This document shows, in pieces, positions 25,769-35,412 of a stretch of 64,000 bases of DNA. A model generated the notes under the pieces. It had not been told where the DNA came from. It saw only the letters and a list, made by a program, of their open reading frames with translations, and did no database searches. Position numbers and translations under genes: made by a program. The DNA comes from Candidatus Babeliales bacterium. Its GTDB lineage: Bacteria; Babelota; Babeliae; Babelales; JANWKD01. The stretch spans positions 1 to 64,000 of the forward strand of contig CAVXJH010000007.1 of the NCBI GenBank assembly GCA_963762115.1, written 5' to 3'. The stretch's first letter is position 1, and each line of letters starts with the position of its first letter.

Positions 25769-26614
25769 TCAATGAACATTTTCAACAAAATCTATTACTT
25801 CTTTGAATTCATGGTAACTTAGATCACGATTAATAAGAGAGGCACTTCGCTGTAATGCTCGCATCATTTCTTCTTTATAACCGATAATTCCAAGAGCTAA
25901 AGCATAGTGCACATAAGAATTATAATAATCATTTTTATACGAAAAATATTGAGCCCATGCAACTAATGCTTTTTGTGCATACTCACGGGCAAGTGATTTG
26001 TCACCTTGCTCTATAAGTTTTTTTGCATAATTAGCAGCACCAACTCCTTGACTATAATAACCTCTAAATCCATAAGAAACCCTTTCGTTAGTTCCCCAAT
26101 AATCTGCAACTCTCACAAGTCCAAGTTCATATTGTTCTCGATACAAAGCAAATCGAAAATAATACTCATTTTTAAAAGAATAAAATGCTTTCTTGGATTG
26201 ACCATCAGCTTCTTTAATGAGTTTATCAAACATTATTTTTGATTTTTTGATCATCCTCTCTTTTAGCGGTTCAGCGGTAATTTCTGAACAATCGCCAAGG
26301 AGTGCTGCAAGGTCAGACTGAAGAGTGAAATTTTGAGGAAATTTTTCTAATCCAAAAAGTGTGATCTTAATAGCCTCCTCATAATTACATTCATGAACCT
26401 TTATGGTAGCTTCTTGGCTAAATGCATTGGCTTCTTCTGAAACAATCGTATTGACTGGTAGCAATTCGATGTTAAGCGCCTGTTCGATGATACTATTCTT
26501 ATCGCTTTGTGACATTTCGATTTTTTCATATTGAAGGGATCTTTGACAAAACATCCAAAAAGGAACTGTGTATACAAATAATGTAACTAAAATAATTGGA
26601 AAGTATTTTTTCAT
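25769..26614 (-). CDS. hypothetical TPR-like helical protein with N-terminal anchor
   Basis: AAGGA RBS, signal/TM segment, YEEAI and YALALG helical repeats. Confidence 0.65.
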   Translation of the reverse strand: MKKYFPIILVTLFVYTVPFWMFCQRSLQYEKIEMSQSDKNSIIEQALNIELLPVNTIVSEEANAFSQEATIKVHECNYEEAIKITLFGLEKFPQNFTLQSDLAALLGDCSEITAEPLKERMIKKSKIMFDKLIKEADGQSKKAFYSFKNEYYFRFALYREQYELGLVRVADYWGTNERVSYGFRGYYSQGVGAANYAKKLIEQGDKSLAREYAQKALVAWAQYFSYKNDYYNSYVHYALALGIIGYKEEMMRALQRSASLINRDLSYHEFKEVIDFVENVH

Positions 26615-26814
26615 ATTATTCCTTAACGTATTAGTTATTTTTAAATTCTAATTTTATTTACTATGAAGTATATTTTTGATAATACCTTCAAGAAGGCTCT
26701 CATTATAAATATCATCTACATAGTATTGAGGAATATAGGGCACATTTGCTTTCCTCATTCTATTACGATACACCTTAATTGGAAAATGTAATGTTACCAA
26801 TGAACTTGGTAATT

Positions 26815-27402
26815 TTACATCGCGGCATTCTTAACGCTTTTAAATACAGCATTTTGCAAATCTACTTTTAAATATTTCAATAGTTTTATAAAATTAGGCC
26901 ATCCACCCAAATCACTCAAATGAAAATCTCGTTGGTCCAAGTTTGTGACATCTAAAATTATCCCAATCTCTTCAACAACAAATTTCATTTTATACTTTTT
27001 ATCTTTAACATTCCAACGGATTTTAATCATTCCATCACAACCAACATGGGGATGTGCCAACGAATTTCTAATCACTTTCAAAATCATTCGAGCAGAATGC
27101 AAATCTGATTTTTTTTCTTGATTTATTTCTTCTTTGCTGAATAAGTCAAAATAACCTTCTGCACAAGCGGATATGTAAAAAACACAAGTAGCTAGAGGTA
27201 GCATTTCTGCATATTCTAAAGAATTATTCCAATTAACTTTGGGTAAAAAAGGGAAAGTATCTGATAAAGATATATGTGAAAAACTAGCAAGATTTATATT
27301 ATTGTTAAGAATATAAGTTGAAAGGTTCAAAGACCAGGAAATAGCATCGATTGCGCTTTCAAAACTAAGAATAACTGCTTCATGCTTCTTAATTTTATCC
27401 AT
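26815..27402 (-). CDS. putative HEPN-domain protein
   Basis: Helical protein with Rx4H motif IRNSLAH. Confidence 0.55.
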   Translation of the reverse strand: MDKIKKHEAVILSFESAIDAISWSLNLSTYILNNNINLASFSHISLSDTFPFLPKVNWNNSLEYAEMLPLATCVFYISACAEGYFDLFSKEEINQEKKSDLHSARMILKVIRNSLAHPHVGCDGMIKIRWNVKDKKYKMKFVVEEIGIILDVTNLDQRDFHLSDLGGWPNFIKLLKYLKVDLQNAVFKSVKNAAM

Positions 27403-27591
27403 TACTTCCTATCTGTTTTAAAATTAAATATAAATCGCAATGTCTTCTTTATTCATTTTTGAGTCAGCCGCTATTTCCTGATTTAATTAACATCATTAAA
27501 GCAGCTATAGCGGGACCGCTTAAACCAACAAAAAATAAAAGAAATAAAAGATATTGCATTGATGGTTGTCATCTTTTAAAAACTAATAATA

Positions 27592-27849
27592 TTACATTAA
27601 CTTTCTAGAAATAAAATGCAAAAGACGAAACAGTACGCTCAGTTTCAAACTATTCTCGTTAACATCAATATTTACATCTTCAGGACGGGCTTCTGCGATA
27701 TTTTGTAAAGCTTCATGAAGCAATTTATCAGCTTCATTTTTATCAAGGCTTTTACATTTTTCTAATACGGATGAAAAGTATAAATCTGCTTCCTTAGGAT
27801 CTTTTAATTTCTTGATTAAATCTGCATGAGTTCCTTTAGCATTTACCAT
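27592..27849 (-). CDS. small protein resembling an addiction-module antidote N-terminus
   Basis: LIKKLKDPKEADLY...ALQNIAEA pattern; overlaps the tetR 3' end. Confidence 0.5.
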   Translation of the reverse strand: MVNAKGTHADLIKKLKDPKEADLYFSSVLEKCKSLDKNEADKLLHEALQNIAEARPEDVNIDVNENSLKLSVLFRLLHFISRKLM

Positions 27850-28513
27850 TTTTTACCTCGTTATTTTTATAAGAAATTCTTTTATCAACAATTTTTGTAT
27901 TTTTTAACATAAACTGAAAGGATCCTTGCGGCGCTTTCAATAATTGCTCAATGAATTGAGGGAACGTTTGTGCCCTACGACTTAAATCTTCTTGCGACCA
28001 AGGATAAATTCCCATATCAGTAAGAAATTGAACACCGGCAAGAACAAATTCTGCGCATTCCAACGGATTATTTGTCTGAAAAATCCCTTCATAGCAACCT
28101 TGCTGAATAACTTTGGCATATAAAGAAGCTTGTTTCATTAAAGCAGTCGCTAGAAGACGGGTGTGCATAGAACTATTACAACTCCGATGCAAGGGATCTA
28201 CAATGAAATTATTAGATGCAGTCATATTACCAACTTTGATCAACGATTTAATTTTTTCTAAGGCAGTTCCCGTTGGGCTTTCAACAATAGATTGCATCTG
28301 CTCAAAATTCTCATGCACAATATCTTCTATAACTGCTTCAAGAATAGCTTCTTTAGATTCGAAATAATGATAAATAGTTCCTTTGGCGATACCAAGGTAG
28401 TCCATCACATCTTGCATGGTTGTTTTGTCATATTCCTTGGATTGGAACAGGTAACGGGCAGCATTCACAATATCTGATCTTCGTTCCGTGGGTTTCTTTA
28501 TAATTCTAGCCAT
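27836..28513 (-). CDS. TetR/AcrR family regulator
   Basis: TTMQDVMDYLGIAKGTIYHYFESKE HTH; ATG at 28513 with GGAG RBS. Confidence 0.93.
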   Translation of the reverse strand: MARIIKKPTERRSDIVNAARYLFQSKEYDKTTMQDVMDYLGIAKGTIYHYFESKEAILEAVIEDIVHENFEQMQSIVESPTGTALEKIKSLIKVGNMTASNNFIVDPLHRSCNSSMHTRLLATALMKQASLYAKVIQQGCYEGIFQTNNPLECAEFVLAGVQFLTDMGIYPWSQEDLSRRAQTFPQFIEQLLKAPQGSFQFMLKNTKIVDKRISYKNNEVKNGKC

Positions 28514-28548
28514 GCTTAATCTCCGATTTTTTGATTGAATATAAACAT

Positions 28549-28577
28549 AGCTTAACATTAAACCGACCGTCGGTCAA
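28549..28577 (-). promoter_or_regulatory. sigma70 promoter with palindromic operator in its spacer
   Basis: TTGACC-17-TAAGCT; palindrome ACCGAC-C-GTCGGT at 28562-28574. Confidence 0.75.
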
Positions 28578-28832
28578 TGGACTTTTGATTAGGACTATTT
28601 TACTGGAGGCAACCGGTAAAAACCATGTAAAAAACCCCAGGAATTATCCCGAGGATACTATATTTATTGTTATCATTTTAAAGGCTAGCTTTAGTATAAG
28701 GCCCCTAATAAAAAATTATGCATGCAAACAATATGACTAAAATAATTGAAAAGTGTTTTTTCATTAGTATATTCCTGAAAAGCCTGAGTTTTCTTTTGTT
28801 TAAACTGTCATTTTATACATGAGGTCTATTTT

Positions 28833-29030
28833 TTAAAATAATCTTCTTGTAAATGTTTTTGAAATATAAGATGTTTCATTTCGATGATGTTCTTTTAATG
28901 TATCATGGATGACGTTTAGATCTTTCTTGAAAACATTCTTCCAAGGACAATGGTTTTTTTGGGCAAAAAAAATAACTAAGCAAAAGCTTAGTATGGTTAT
29001 TATGAAAAATATTTTTTTAGATAATTTCAC
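28833..29030 (-). pseudogene. short or truncated secreted protein
   Basis: 65 aa, signal peptide followed by a short tail. Confidence 0.4.
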
Positions 29031-29532
29031 TATAAGATCCTAATAAAAAATCAATCAATAGCGGCAAATCACCCTTAGAAGGCTCTCCGTGTTTGATTTT
29101 TTCTTGTAATTCTTGAACAGAAATCCAACAAGCAGATTCAAAATCATCTTTATTATAATCAGGCATAATCGAGCTTTTAATCACATAAAGATGCATAAAG
29201 GCTGACACCCCGTGCTCATGAGGAGTTAATTTTCCAATCATTGTGTAATCACATTCAACAAGATTAAGATTTAACTCTTCTTTCAATTCTCGCTCAAATG
29301 CTTGTTGATACGTTTCACCTGCCATGACATGCCCACCAACACTAGCATCCAAACATAAAGGAAACAATTTTTTGTATTGAGTACGACGTGGAATCAAAAG
29401 TTTCTGTTGATCATTAATAAGAAAAGCATTAATAACGCGAAAAAATGAAAGATTTTGGTCATAAATCTCTGAACGAAGTTTCTGACTGATTACTTGATCA
29501 TACTCATTTACAATATCTAATAGCTCATCCAT
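29017..29532 (-). CDS. NUDIX hydrolase, paralog B
   Basis: Near-identical to 21702..22214. Confidence 0.9.
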   Translation of the reverse strand: MDELLDIVNEYDQVISQKLRSEIYDQNLSFFRVINAFLINDQQKLLIPRRTQYKKLFPLCLDASVGGHVMAGETYQQAFERELKEELNLNLVECDYTMIGKLTPHEHGVSAFMHLYVIKSSIMPDYNKDDFESACWISVQELQEKIKHGEPSKGDLPLLIDFLLGSYSEII

Positions 29533-29753
29533 AAAAATAACTTTGTTTTTCTAAATTTATAATACATCCAATACATTAAAACGACATTAAATATTATAAT
29601 AATCTTTTTGCAAAAAAACTCTGCTAAGGAAACCAAAATAGTTAAGTCTAGTTCATGAAGATACACAAAACTCATAGAACGTGCTTCTTCTGTAATTACA
29701 GAAAGACTCTCAAAACAGAGTAAAGATACGAATACTTTCTTTATTTTTACCAT
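29517..29753 (-). pseudogene. possible D-Ala-D-Ala dipeptidase (M15D) N-terminal remnant
   Basis: Signal-like start followed by FVYLHELDLTILVSL; no catalytic part. Confidence 0.35.
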
Positions 29754-29812
29754 ATTATTTATAAATAATATCGCAATTTCATTCTTTTTATAAATAATTT
29801 TTATTTTCTTCT

Positions 29813-29840
29813 TTGACTTTTCTGTGATTTTCTTTAAAAT
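29813..29840 (+). promoter_or_regulatory. promoter of the tRNA cluster
   Basis: TTGACT-16-TAAAAT. Confidence 0.55.
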
Positions 29841-29861
29841 TTGTTGTGTTCCAGTTTACAA

Positions 29862-29937
29862 GGGCGGTTAGCTCAGTTGGTAGAGCATCAGTCTTACAAA
29901 CTGGGGGTCACTGGTTCGAGCCCAGTACCGCCCACCA
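29862..29937 (+). tRNA. tRNA-Val(TAC)
   Basis: Cloverleaf, loop CTTACAA, GTTCGA, encoded CCA. Confidence 0.97.
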
Positions 29938-30049
29938 TGCTTCGCATAAAGCTTCGTATGGCAGTCCAGCTCTTCGAAGCTCGTTAGAGCGTAGTAGAGC
30001 AATTGGCAGATTTATACCTGGCGCGATTATGAAAGTTATTGAAATTTGT

Positions 30050-30125
30050 TCCTCGGTAGCTCAGTTGGTAGAGCACACGACTGTTAATCGTTAGGTCGCT
30101 GGTTCGAGTCCAGCCCGAGGAGCCA
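30050..30125 (+). tRNA. tRNA-Asn(GTT)
   Basis: Loop CTGTTAA, GTTCGA, CCA. Confidence 0.97.
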
Positions 30126-30221
30126 GTCATTTCCTTCAGAAATGCCTGGCAAGCCAGTTCTTTATAGCTAAAGTTATTCTTTTGTGATAACTTAATAAGC
30201 ACATATCTTTTGAATTTCTTT

Positions 30222-30298
30222 GGAGCTGTAGCTCAGTTGGTTAGAGCGTCCGCCTGTCACGCGGAAGGTCGTGGGTTCGAGTCCCATCAGCTCCGCCA
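30222..30298 (+). tRNA. tRNA-Asp(GTC)
   Basis: Loop CTGTCAC, GTTCGA, CCA. Confidence 0.97.
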
Positions 30299-30377
30299 GT
30301 CTTCGCTCTTTATAGAGCTTCAGCTGGCAAGTCGTTTTTTTTAATGAGATAAATATAATATTTTTTTGGCCGACATT

Positions 30378-30953
30378 ATGAAAAAGCCTTTTCTTCTACT
30401 AATATTTTTAATCTTTACTTCTTCCAATGCATTTTTTATAGAAAATACATTTTTGCAAGCTATAGAAAATTATAAAAATGCTTATAATAACCTAGAAAAA
30501 AACATAGATCAAATAAAGGTGAGCCGTTTTTATTATGGAGGTATAAGGGAACTGAGGTATATATGTAAAACAACAGAATCATATGACAGCTTAAAGGCAT
30601 ATAAAAATGCTAAAGAGTCTTTTCAGGGTGCTAGTTTCATAAATGCTTTAGGTGATGGTTTCATTTTGGGTATTTTAGCTGCATATTGCAACAGAACATT
30701 AAATGGTAAAATACTTAATAAAAAGATAATTTTATCTACTGTTGCATGTATAATTGGTTTGGCTTACTACAAAAACTATAAAATTGATAAAACTCCATAT
30801 TTTGATGAGGACCTAAAAAAACAACCCAATAATGAAATCCTTAGTTTAAACCTTCTTTTGCCTTTCATTTCTGCTTTTATAGGGTATCTTGGAATGGAGT
30901 TTACTTTAATCAAAATTTCAGAAATTTTTAAAATTCAACCTTGTCCAAATTAA
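30378..30953 (+). CDS. hypothetical membrane protein
   Basis: MKK signal peptide plus about 3 hydrophobic segments. Confidence 0.7.
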   Translation: MKKPFLLLIFLIFTSSNAFFIENTFLQAIENYKNAYNNLEKNIDQIKVSRFYYGGIRELRYICKTTESYDSLKAYKNAKESFQGASFINALGDGFILGILAAYCNRTLNGKILNKKIILSTVACIIGLAYYKNYKIDKTPYFDEDLKKQPNNEILSLNLLLPFISAFIGYLGMEFTLIKISEIFKIQPCPN

Positions 30954-31046
30954 AGCAATTCTTTAAAATCTTTATAAAAAAAATAAATTTTAGCTATTTT
31001 CATATACACTAGACTCTATAACTCTTTTTAAAAAATTTTTTAAAGG

Positions 31047-31979
31047 ATGTCGATGGCAACGTTTTCAGATTATTTGCGTAATATTTTTTTTATTTTACTG
31101 CTTTTGCAATTTGCTCCACCGCTGCTTAAAGGAATCAAAAAACAATACATCAATTATCTGGAGCCAAAAACAAAAGTTGGTTGCCTCACTATTAAAGGTA
31201 CCATTGACGATTCATCATATTATGCCCATGTACTAAAAAAATACTTTGAAGATTCAACGATTAAAGCAATTTTACTAACCATTGATTCTCCGGGCGGATC
31301 AGCCGGCTCATCAGAAACAATCGCCCATGAAATTGAACTACTCAAAATAGAATACCCCAAACCTATCATTACGCGAACATCAGATATTTGTGCATCAGGT
31401 GCCTATTATATTGCAGCAACAACATTCATTTTTGCTGCACCCTCAACAATCATTGGTGGCATTGGCTGTTATCTCCCTAATCAATTCAAACTTAAAGACT
31501 TTATTGAACAACACAATATTCACTATAACATGATTAAAGCTGGTGATTTTAAAGTGGTAACCGACCCTTTTGTTAACACAACACCCGAACAAAACGCTTA
31601 TTTACAAAGCGTTGTTGATGATTCCTATCAAAATTTTATTGAACATGTTGCAAAAAATCGACCTGCTTTAACATTTAATACTGAAAAAAAATGGGCTAAT
31701 GGAAAAATTCACAGCGGCCGCCAAGCATTATATTTGGGACTTATTGATCGTATTGGATCACAAACAGATGTAGTGAACAAAATAAAGGAAATGGCAATGA
31801 TTGAAGGCGATATTGAATGGGTACAACCAGAACGCCAAAAAGGAATTTGGGGATTGCTTAACCCACCAGATTACATGGCAGATATTGGAGAATCATCATG
31901 GCTAAATTCAATAGTGAGTACAATTTTTACCATTATTGAAACACGTTACCAAAAAATTGGCGTGCAACAACGTTTATAA
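31047..31979 (+). CDS. sppA: signal peptide peptidase (S49)
   Basis: IDSPGGSA, CASGAYYIA, GLIDRIG. Confidence 0.92.
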   Translation: MSMATFSDYLRNIFFILLLLQFAPPLLKGIKKQYINYLEPKTKVGCLTIKGTIDDSSYYAHVLKKYFEDSTIKAILLTIDSPGGSAGSSETIAHEIELLKIEYPKPIITRTSDICASGAYYIAATTFIFAAPSTIIGGIGCYLPNQFKLKDFIEQHNIHYNMIKAGDFKVVTDPFVNTTPEQNAYLQSVVDDSYQNFIEHVAKNRPALTFNTEKKWANGKIHSGRQALYLGLIDRIGSQTDVVNKIKEMAMIEGDIEWVQPERQKGIWGLLNPPDYMADIGESSWLNSIVSTIFTIIETRYQKIGVQQRL

Positions 31980-32792
31980 CGTACCCTTTTTGAGCAAACA
32001 GCAATATTCGATTTCTTTTAAAGAAAGTAATGGTTTTACCACAACTTCATAATGCAAACTAGCAAGCTCAAAACAATGAATTTTACCAACGGCAAAGCCT
32101 TGAGGAAAGATAACGCCCTCACCACTTGATATAACTAATTCATCAAGTTCAAGAGTATCAAGATGACTCACATATTGCAAAGCTCCTGCATACTCATTAA
32201 GCATTCCTTCATAAATGCCTTTGGCATGAGAACAATTACAATAAACGGGTATTTTGCAAAGAGGATCTGAGACACAAATCACTTTACTATAATAAGGATA
32301 TACCTGACAAACACGCCCTAATATACAATTTTTGTAAACAGCAACCATATCAACTTCTGCACCGTGAACTGCACCATAATCAATGAGAAATGAATGTTCG
32401 CAATCCGAAAATTGCTTCATAATAATTTGCGCACAAGGCAATGAATCTGCTGCATACCGTACAGAAAAATCAATAAGCTCTTTTATATTTTCTTGATACC
32501 AAATAGTTGAGTGCAAAGCGATCACTTCAGCCAAAAGATCTTTCTTTTCAGCACGTAAACGCACAACCATTTCTTCTAACTGTGCAATCGAATGTCGATC
32601 GGCCAAAAAACGTTGCACCGGTTTTACGATCATATTTTGTAACCGTAAAAAAGGATACATAACAAGGGATGCACCCTGCTCTAAGATACCTGGCGCAAAG
32701 AAAAAAAAGCGATGAGCCATAAAAAAGAGCAGAGCGCCTATAATAAGAATCCGCAACATAAAAGCTGTTTTGCTTTTAAACACTCCGTGCAC
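31974..32792 (-). CDS. mreC: rod shape-determining protein MreC
   Basis: TM plus coiled coil; VISSGEGVIFPQGFAVG. Confidence 0.85.
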   Translation of the reverse strand: MHGVFKSKTAFMLRILIIGALLFFMAHRFFFFAPGILEQGASLVMYPFLRLQNMIVKPVQRFLADRHSIAQLEEMVVRLRAEKKDLLAEVIALHSTIWYQENIKELIDFSVRYAADSLPCAQIIMKQFSDCEHSFLIDYGAVHGAEVDMVAVYKNCILGRVCQVYPYYSKVICVSDPLCKIPVYCNCSHAKGIYEGMLNEYAGALQYVSHLDTLELDELVISSGEGVIFPQGFAVGKIHCFELASLHYEVVVKPLLSLKEIEYCCLLKKGTL

Positions 32793-33744
32793 CTATTGCT
32801 TGTAATTGTTCTTTTACATAAAGAGATGAATGAGAAAGCACCAAATCATTTCTCACCAACGTGGCATCAGGAATACCGCGCAAATAAAAAGGCAAATGTT
32901 TCCTAAAACAGTAAAACCCTTTATTGCCATAATAATTTTCAAGCATTTCTAGATGCAGCAAAGCATACTTAAAAACCATCTGCTTATCAACACTAAAAGG
33001 CATTCCTTGTGAATGCATCTTTAATTCATGCAATTTCCATGGCTTACTCCACATGCCACGCCCAATCATATACCCATCAACACCAGTTTGCTCATAGGCC
33101 ATCTTTGCCGTTGCCCAGTTAATGACATTCCCTGATAACAAAACAGGAATTGAAAGTGATTTTTTTACTGCTGCAGCCAATGCATAATCAGGTCTTCCGG
33201 CAAACATCTCATCACGGAGTCGAGGATGAATGGTGATTGCTGCTGCGCCACAATCTTCAATAAGTTTTGCAACATCGAGGGCATTTTTTTGTTTAAACCC
33301 TGCTCGTATTTTCACGGTAAAAGGAACGGGTAAACGCTCTCGCAAACGATCAAGTACTATTTTTAATCGAGGCAAATCTGCCATGAGCGCTGATCCCGAA
33401 CCAGATTTAATAACATTTTTTGCGGGGCAACCGACATTGAGATCAACCAAATCAACCCCTTGGGCTATGATTTTCTCACAAGCCAAATCAATATCTTTTT
33501 CTGCGCAAGCGGCAATTTGATAATTTAGCGGCCGCTCATCTTGACTAAAATGTAATGCTTTTAATCCTGATTTATCGTGCGCAACACAAGAAACATGACG
33601 CATTTCGGTGAATAATAGTTCTTCTTTTGAAAAATGGCGCACCAATGTGCGAAATGGTGAATCGGTTATGCCATCTAATGGCCCACCGATAAAACGAGGG
33701 TATGCATGATTGCCAATCTTTACCTTCTCTGTCCAATAACTCAT
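32776..33744 (-). CDS. dusB: tRNA-dihydrouridine synthase
   Basis: GITDSPFR, DLNVGCP, TVKIRAG, MIGRG. Confidence 0.9.
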   Translation of the reverse strand: MSYWTEKVKIGNHAYPRFIGGPLDGITDSPFRTLVRHFSKEELLFTEMRHVSCVAHDKSGLKALHFSQDERPLNYQIAACAEKDIDLACEKIIAQGVDLVDLNVGCPAKNVIKSGSGSALMADLPRLKIVLDRLRERLPVPFTVKIRAGFKQKNALDVAKLIEDCGAAAITIHPRLRDEMFAGRPDYALAAAVKKSLSIPVLLSGNVINWATAKMAYEQTGVDGYMIGRGMWSKPWKLHELKMHSQGMPFSVDKQMVFKYALLHLEMLENYYGNKGFYCFRKHLPFYLRGIPDATLVRNDLVLSHSSLYVKEQLQAIGARSV

Positions 33745-33819
33745 ACATTCCTTGATAATAATAACAAAATTTAACCTATACTCTCTAAGAGTATATCGCA
33801 GAGTTACCTTAATAAAAAG

Positions 33820-34518
33820 CTAAATAGTTGGCAATAATTGCTGATAAAGGTTATTTAACGCATCAATTAAAGCTTCAAGTGATTTTTTAATAGTCTCTCG
33901 CGAAATTTTTTGAGATTGTTGACTTAATTCTCGTTGCTTTTCCCTGCGCATCTCTTCTTGCACAATTGGCGTTTCTCGAACAATAAATTCTTCTGCTTCA
34001 TTTTTTTCTGCTGCTGTCCTTTCAACACTCTGTTTAATAACTGTTTTATAATAATGTTCTATATGTTCTGGCGAATAACCAAGCAACATTCCTGCAAGAT
34101 ACTCATTATAGAATGCATCTTTATATATTTTTTTTTGTTTTATTGACTGCTCTAACATGCGCAAAAATAATCGGGCATTTTTTTCTCCTCGTGGAGTATA
34201 TAATAACAAAAGCGTTTGGCCAAAAGTAACCTGTGGATCAGTAAATAATTTTTTTATAGCATATTGCTCCAAAGGCAAAAATTTCTCGTCGATCGTCTCT
34301 AGTTCACTTTCCGCGCCCCAATAAACATCCTTAAAGCCCCGAATCATACAAGCAAGAGCATGATTTATGTTATCTTTCACAGCTTCTTGCCCTTCTTGTC
34401 GTATCGCTGCACCGCATGTTTCTTTGCTCGGCACAAAATTTTCCAAGGCCAAAACATTCACAAAAAAAATCACCGAAAAGAAACAAAAACAAATCTTATA
34501 ACAATAAACACTCATCAT
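33820..34518 (-). CDS. hypothetical secreted protein
   Basis: Signal peptide; GMLLGYS motif. Confidence 0.65.
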   Translation of the reverse strand: MMSVYCYKICFCFFSVIFFVNVLALENFVPSKETCGAAIRQEGQEAVKDNINHALACMIRGFKDVYWGAESELETIDEKFLPLEQYAIKKLFTDPQVTFGQTLLLLYTPRGEKNARLFLRMLEQSIKQKKIYKDAFYNEYLAGMLLGYSPEHIEHYYKTVIKQSVERTAAEKNEAEEFIVRETPIVQEEMRREKQRELSQQSQKISRETIKKSLEALIDALNNLYQQLLPTI

Positions 34519-34660
34519 TCACCCTCTTTTTTATAAACCCTCACCTAATAAATAGTATCATTCCACTCAACGGCAATTCAATGAAAAACTATTCCATTTA
34601 TTTTCATCCACTATTTTGCTTAGTATTATCGTATATACTTTTTCCATGCGAGGGACCTCT

Positions 34661-35329
34661 ATGAACAAACCATTAAAATTTTATTATGAAAACTATAAAA
34701 ATGTTGTAAAAGCAGCCTATCAACTTATGTCTGGCATTTGGAAAATTAATAAAATGGCAGGCCCCATTGTTACTATTTTTGGCGGGGCACGATGGCATAA
34801 AAGTCCCTATGAAAAACAAGCTCATGATTTAGCTGCCCTTTTGATTAAACACAATATTTCAGTGATTACTGGCGGCGGACCTGGCATTATGGAAGCAGCC
34901 AATTGCGGTGCTGCAGAAGCAATAAAAAAAAACCATTCTAACGCAAAATCAATTGGCATTTCCGTCATAGGATTAGAACGAGAACAAGGCATTAATTCTT
35001 GCGCACAAGAAAAATTAATTGTTGATACCTTTTTAGTACGCAAATGGCTCATGGTTGAATATTCAGTTGCTTTTGTCATTTTTCCTGGCGGTTTTGGCAC
35101 CATCGATGAATTAGGTGAAGTATTAACCCTCATGCAAACAAAAAAATTAGCCGGTGTTCCCGTCATTTTATTTGGCAGTCTTTATTGGCAACCTTTTCTT
35201 GATTGGATTCGAGAAACCCTTTTGAAAAATAATATTGTTTCACAAGCAGATGTTGAATTATTCAAAGTTACTGACAGCATTGAAGAAGCTTTAATACTCC
35301 TAAAAGAACGCTGTAAAGTCTGCGAATAA
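34661..35329 (+). CDS. LOG family Rossmann-fold protein (TIGR00730-like)
   Basis: ITGGGPGIMEAAN, FPGGFGTIDE. Confidence 0.93.
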   Translation: MNKPLKFYYENYKNVVKAAYQLMSGIWKINKMAGPIVTIFGGARWHKSPYEKQAHDLAALLIKHNISVITGGGPGIMEAANCGAAEAIKKNHSNAKSIGISVIGLEREQGINSCAQEKLIVDTFLVRKWLMVEYSVAFVIFPGGFGTIDELGEVLTLMQTKKLAGVPVILFGSLYWQPFLDWIRETLLKNNIVSQADVELFKVTDSIEEALILLKERCKVCE

Positions 35330-35412
35330 TTGTTTTGTTTTCTTGAACTCTCTTCATTCACTATGCTACTATAAAATCAGATTTCAAATCACAAAAAAAA
35401 TAGAGGAAAAGT

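Noticed and set aside
18772..29753. Classical integron or prophage
   Set aside because: No integrase, no recurring attC-like palindromes seen by eye, no phage structural genes and no duplicated tRNA 3' end
29846..30202. ORFs 29846..30094 and 29984..30202
   Set aside because: They overlap tRNA genes
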